64,000 nucleotides of DNA, taken from contig JAZSFA010000045.1 in NCBI GenBank assembly GCA_045531965.1, positions 11,714 to 75,713 on the forward strand, in the 5' to 3' direction. The notes beneath the pieces were generated by a model that was given only the letters and a program-made list of their open reading frames with translations, was not told the DNA's origin and searched no databases. The DNA comes from Eubacteriales bacterium (lineage in GTDB: Bacteria; Bacillota; Clostridia; Oscillospirales; CAG-272). Each line of letters opens with the position of its first letter. The first letter of the stretch is position 1. A program made the translations under genes and the position numbers. Below are positions 60,880 through 64,000 of this stretch, piece by piece.

Positions 60880-62022
60880 ATGAAAAAAACTGGGTTTTAT
60901 ATCCTCTGTCTGTTTTTCCTTTTCGTAAGCGGTGTTTTCGACTCATCAGCGGAGACACACGAAACAATGCCCGAAAGTTATACCGCAATAGAGGATCATC
61001 TATCCCAAGAAATAATAGGCATTTTGCCGGAGGATCTGTTTTCCTCTGACGCTGAGAAGGCATTATCAGCGGCTTCTTCCATGACCCGACCGGAATATTT
61101 ATTTCGTGTAAGCCTGGAAGCTTTGGGTTTGCGGTTGCATGACGCCCTGAGTCTTTTAGGCTCTCTTCTGGTGATTCTCTGCTTAGCTGCACTACTACAT
61201 CGTTGGCGAGCATCAATCCCCGGTGGAGGGGAAGGGGTGACCTTTTTCTTGCGGCTCTGCCTTTATGCGTTCATTGTGAGTCGAGCGGCGTCTATGGTTA
61301 CTTGGCTTCAAACTTACTTTTCACAGTTGTCTCTCCTCATGACAGGATTTCTGCCATTGATGGGCACGATGTATGCGATGGGTGGGAACATTGCAGAGGC
61401 TGCCACCAATGAAGGTATTTTACAATTAGTCTTGAGTGTTTGCCAATATGCCGTTTCCTATCTGTCACCTGCGGTTTTTGGGGTTTCGTTGGCATTTGCT
61501 TTACTGGATGTGTTAGGGGACGGTATCCAAGTCAGATTCTCGGCTTTGGGAGGACTTATCAAGAAATGGTATACGACTTTTTTAGGTTTCGTCATGTTTC
61601 TGTTAAGTGTCGCTCTCTCTACGCAATCCATTTTATCTGCCCGTGCTGATTCCTTGGGAATGAAAGGACTGAAATATGCGGTGGGTCAGATGATTCCTGT
61701 GGTGGGTGGTGCTGTTTCCGGAACACTCGGCACGGTGGCTGCGGGGATTGAACTGATACGGGGGATTTCCGGAGTTTGTGGACTTATGCTGATCGCCCTT
61801 CTGTTACTTCCCACCCTTGTGCAGTTGTTTTTGTTCCGCTTGTGCTATCAGTTGTCTGCAACCGTCGCCACGATGATGGGGTGTGACGGAGAGGCAGGAC
61901 TATTGAGAGAGGTGGAAAGTTTGTATGGCTATATGATCGCGGCAGTAGGGATTGTTTCTCTTGTTTGTGTACTGGCTTTGGCGATCTTTGCTCATGGTGC
62001 TTCCGCTGTTGGCGGGGTATAG
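60880..62022 (+). CDS. spoIIIAE: Stage III sporulation protein AE
   Basis: Signal peptide plus a polytopic membrane protein of 380 aa, in canonical operon position. Confidence 0.9.
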   Translation: MKKTGFYILCLFFLFVSGVFDSSAETHETMPESYTAIEDHLSQEIIGILPEDLFSSDAEKALSAASSMTRPEYLFRVSLEALGLRLHDALSLLGSLLVILCLAALLHRWRASIPGGGEGVTFFLRLCLYAFIVSRAASMVTWLQTYFSQLSLLMTGFLPLMGTMYAMGGNIAEAATNEGILQLVLSVCQYAVSYLSPAVFGVSLAFALLDVLGDGIQVRFSALGGLIKKWYTTFLGFVMFLLSVALSTQSILSARADSLGMKGLKYAVGQMIPVVGGAVSGTLGTVAAGIELIRGISGVCGLMLIALLLLPTLVQLFLFRLCYQLSATVATMMGCDGEAGLLREVESLYGYMIAAVGIVSLVCVLALAIFAHGASAVGGV

Positions 62023-62039
62023 CGTAAGGAGGCTTGACA

Positions 62040-62555
62040 GTGCGACAGTATATCTCAATTTGGATCGCGGTGGTTGTTTTGGCTGTCTTGGCAGAATGGT
62101 TGATTCCCGGGGGAAAGCAAGGAAAAATGACGGGACATATACGCTTTTTGATAGGACTTTGCTTGATTGTCTCATTTCTTCCTGCGGCGAAAGCGGGTAT
62201 GGAATTTCTGATAGACTTGGGAGATGAATCGTTCCCCGCGGTATCCGACAAAACTGACGCCGTCTATCAGGATGCTTTTAGTGAGCAAATCAGCCATGTA
62301 ACCCAAGAGGCTGTGGAGAACTGGGTGTATGAAATGTTGGAACAACGTTATGCCGTGCCACGGGATCATTGTGCCGTCGTGGCTCACATGGTCACAATCG
62401 AAAATTTGCCGCAGATTCAAAAGATCAGCATTGTTTTGAAAAGAACGGCGATCCTACAAAATCCACACGTGATCGAGAAGTACGTAACAGACATGTTGTC
62501 TGTGCCATGTAGCGTATCGGTAGATTTACCCATATCGTTGTCAGAATCGGCGTGA
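62040..62555 (+). CDS. spoIIIAF: Stage III sporulation protein AF
   Basis: Two N-terminal TM segments (ISIWIAVVVLAVLAEWLIPGG, IRFLIGLCLIVSFL) and a soluble ring-building-motif-like domain. GTG at 62040 is 7 nt after AAGGAGG. The track TTG at 62034 is too close to the RBS. Confidence 0.8.
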   Translation: MRQYISIWIAVVVLAVLAEWLIPGGKQGKMTGHIRFLIGLCLIVSFLPAAKAGMEFLIDLGDESFPAVSDKTDAVYQDAFSEQISHVTQEAVENWVYEMLEQRYAVPRDHCAVVAHMVTIENLPQIQKISIVLKRTAILQNPHVIEKYVTDMLSVPCSVSVDLPISLSESA

Positions 62556-62567
62556 GAGAAAGGAGCT

Positions 62568-63119
62568 ATGATGGATCAACAGGAAAACATCAGCCGAACC
62601 GTAGGTGCCATGAAACAAAATGGGAAATTAAAAATCCTATTGATCGGTTTGGTATTGGGGATTATCTTGCTTTTGTTTGGCGGAGAGTGGAAAAGAATCT
62701 TCATGTCGGGCGACGACGCTGCGTCTGCTAAACCTTCCGAGGCGGCTGGAGAGGGGGTGGAGCTTCTCAGCATGGAGTCTTACAGAAAAGCCTTAGAAGA
62801 ACGAATCGCGTCTATCTGCAGCCGTGTAAGGGGTGCAGGGCAAGTATATGCGGTGGTCAATTTGGCAGGAGGCTATGAATACGTTTATGCAACCGATAAA
62901 AAGGTAACATCCGGAGGGGAGACCAATGAGCATATCATCATCGGTAGCGGTAACGATGAACGAGTGGTGTACCTCACTGAGCGTGTTCCGGAAATATTAG
63001 GGATCGGTGTGGTGTGCCAAGGCGGGCATGATCCTCAGGTGCAGAGCGAAATGACAGCCTTGCTTTCTGCTGCTTTTGGCGTAGGAAGCCATAAAATCTA
63101 TGTTACCGGAGGCGGATGA
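62568..63119 (+). CDS. spoIIIAG: Stage III sporulation protein AG
   Basis: N-terminal TM segment, then YRKALEERIASICSRVRGAGQVYAVVNL...PEILGIGVVCQGG...GSHKIYV. Confidence 0.88.
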   Translation: MMDQQENISRTVGAMKQNGKLKILLIGLVLGIILLLFGGEWKRIFMSGDDAASAKPSEAAGEGVELLSMESYRKALEERIASICSRVRGAGQVYAVVNLAGGYEYVYATDKKVTSGGETNEHIIIGSGNDERVVYLTERVPEILGIGVVCQGGHDPQVQSEMTALLSAAFGVGSHKIYVTGGG

Positions 63120-63210
63120 CAGAATTTATTGTAAGTGTTCGGGTTCAGGCATAATCTCTTCGATCGAAACATAGGATGTGATGTATCAAATCAGAATGGA
63201 GGGCAGACAT

Positions 63211-63816
63211 ATGGATGCACAGAACAAATGGGACTCGGTGAAGAAATTTTTCGAAAAGATTGGCAGACGAAACCTCATGATCGCAGGCGCTGTGGTGTTG
63301 ATTGGCGTGGCAGTGGCTTTGAACTGGGTGTTTTTCACGAACAACGACAAAAACGATGGCTTCTCTTATGATGCCAGCGCCGGTATGTCGGGCAATTACG
63401 GCACAGAGATGACCACAACGGTTGTCGGCAGTGATACCACGGCGGAAGACGTGCTGCAAGACGTTGACAGCTATTTTTCCTCTGTGGAGATCAGCCGCCA
63501 ACGCGCTCGCGACGAGGCTTTGGAAGTGTTGAACGCTGTAGTAGATAACGAAAAAGCCGATGAAGCAGTTAAAGCCGAAGCTATGGCTGAAATTCAGACC
63601 ATTGCCAAGGAAATGGCACAGGAATCCAATATTGAATCGCTTTTGATGAGCAAGGGTTTTGAAAAGTGCGTTGCTGTCATCAACGGTGATAGTGCCAATA
63701 TCGTGGTCAAGAACGAAGGACAACTGCAGTCTGCACAACTTGCGCAGATCAATGCTGTGGTGTATGAACAGGCGGGGATCGAGCCTGTCAATATCACCAT
63801 TGTTGCCAAGGGATAA
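63211..63816 (+). CDS. spoIIIAH: Stage III sporulation protein AH
   Basis: TM segment LMIAGAVVLIGVAVALNWVFF, then FSSVEISRQRARDEALEVL...ESLLMSKGFEKCVAVINGDSANIVV. The ATG at 63211 follows GGAGGG. Confidence 0.88.
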   Translation: MDAQNKWDSVKKFFEKIGRRNLMIAGAVVLIGVAVALNWVFFTNNDKNDGFSYDASAGMSGNYGTEMTTTVVGSDTTAEDVLQDVDSYFSSVEISRQRARDEALEVLNAVVDNEKADEAVKAEAMAEIQTIAKEMAQESNIESLLMSKGFEKCVAVINGDSANIVVKNEGQLQSAQLAQINAVVYEQAGIEPVNITIVAKG

Positions 63817-63932
63817 AGAAAAAGAGAAAGCACTTGTATGAGCTGACGCGCCGTAACGAAGGTTTCAAAAATAACAAGTGGTAAAGACAATCGATACAGT
63901 ATATCGCAAATAATTTGAATGGAGATACTGTA

Positions 63933-64000
63933 ATGAAAACATTGTATGAAACACTTGGTGGAACCTATCGTGAAGAAAACGGGCGTCTTATACCGGAAAC
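63933..64000 (+). CDS. Start of an unidentified ORF running off the right edge
   Basis: ATG at 63933 preceded by GGAGA. MKTLYETLGGTYREENGRLIPE is open to the window end. Only 22 codons are visible. Confidence 0.3.
   Translation, partial: MKTLYETLGGTYREENGRLIPE

Noticed and set aside
1-64000. Mobile elements, prophage, CRISPR arrays, defence islands, tRNA or rRNA genes
   Set aside because: Reading both strands, I saw no integrase, transposase or recombinase motifs, no spaced direct-repeat arrays, and no cloverleaf-like or rRNA-like segments in the intergenic regions. The window is dominated by syntenic housekeeping operons.

Overview
This window looks like core chromosome from a spore-forming Firmicute of class Clostridia. 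The gene content and the moderate GC (judged by eye) suggest an Oscillospiraceae/Ruminococcaceae-like anaerobe, but that is inference.

I support about 55 protein genes, nearly all housekeeping. Left to right they are:
- an edge-truncated secreted glycosidase-like gene, a SpoU/TrmH methyltransferase, and spoIIID
- a large lipoprotein plus membrane-protein pair
- polA, an MBL-fold hydrolase, rsmE, a PucR-type regulator, an S41 protease, greA, and a DMT transporter
- a putative six-hairpin glycosidase plus GH36 alpha-galactosidase pair
- rplJ-rplL, then two tandem paralogous membrane proteins
- a stand-alone type IIA topoisomerase B-subunit paralog, divergent from a 705-aa unknown protein
- infC-rpmI-rplT, a second TrmH methyltransferase, dprA-topA-trmFO, and plsX-rnc-smc-ftsY
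- rdgB and yhbY-nadD-yqeK-rsfS
- an OmpR-type response regulator plus an HtrA protease, with no kinase gene next to them
- secG, a D-Ala-D-Ala carboxypeptidase, and an amidase-domain protein
- an acyl-CoA ligase, rplU-prp-rpmA, and valS
- the complete spoIIIAA-AH operon

From 26.9 kb to the right edge every gene but one is on the + strand.

Regulatory RNA and DNA features:
- two clear T-box leaders, one before valS and one before the acyl-CoA ligase
- structured leaders before rplJ, infC and rplU
- many near-consensus sigma-A promoters
- a motif shared upstream of spoIIID and spoIIIAA (sigma-E-like)
- several intrinsic terminators
- a small family of related intergenic palindromes

I saw no rRNA, tRNA, CRISPR array, transposase or integrase.

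I found no convincing novel multi-gene system. The least ordinary items are the T-box-controlled ligase, the 22.8-29.2 kb block of uncharacterised genes around the orphan topoisomerase subunit, and the lipoprotein operon at 3-7 kb.
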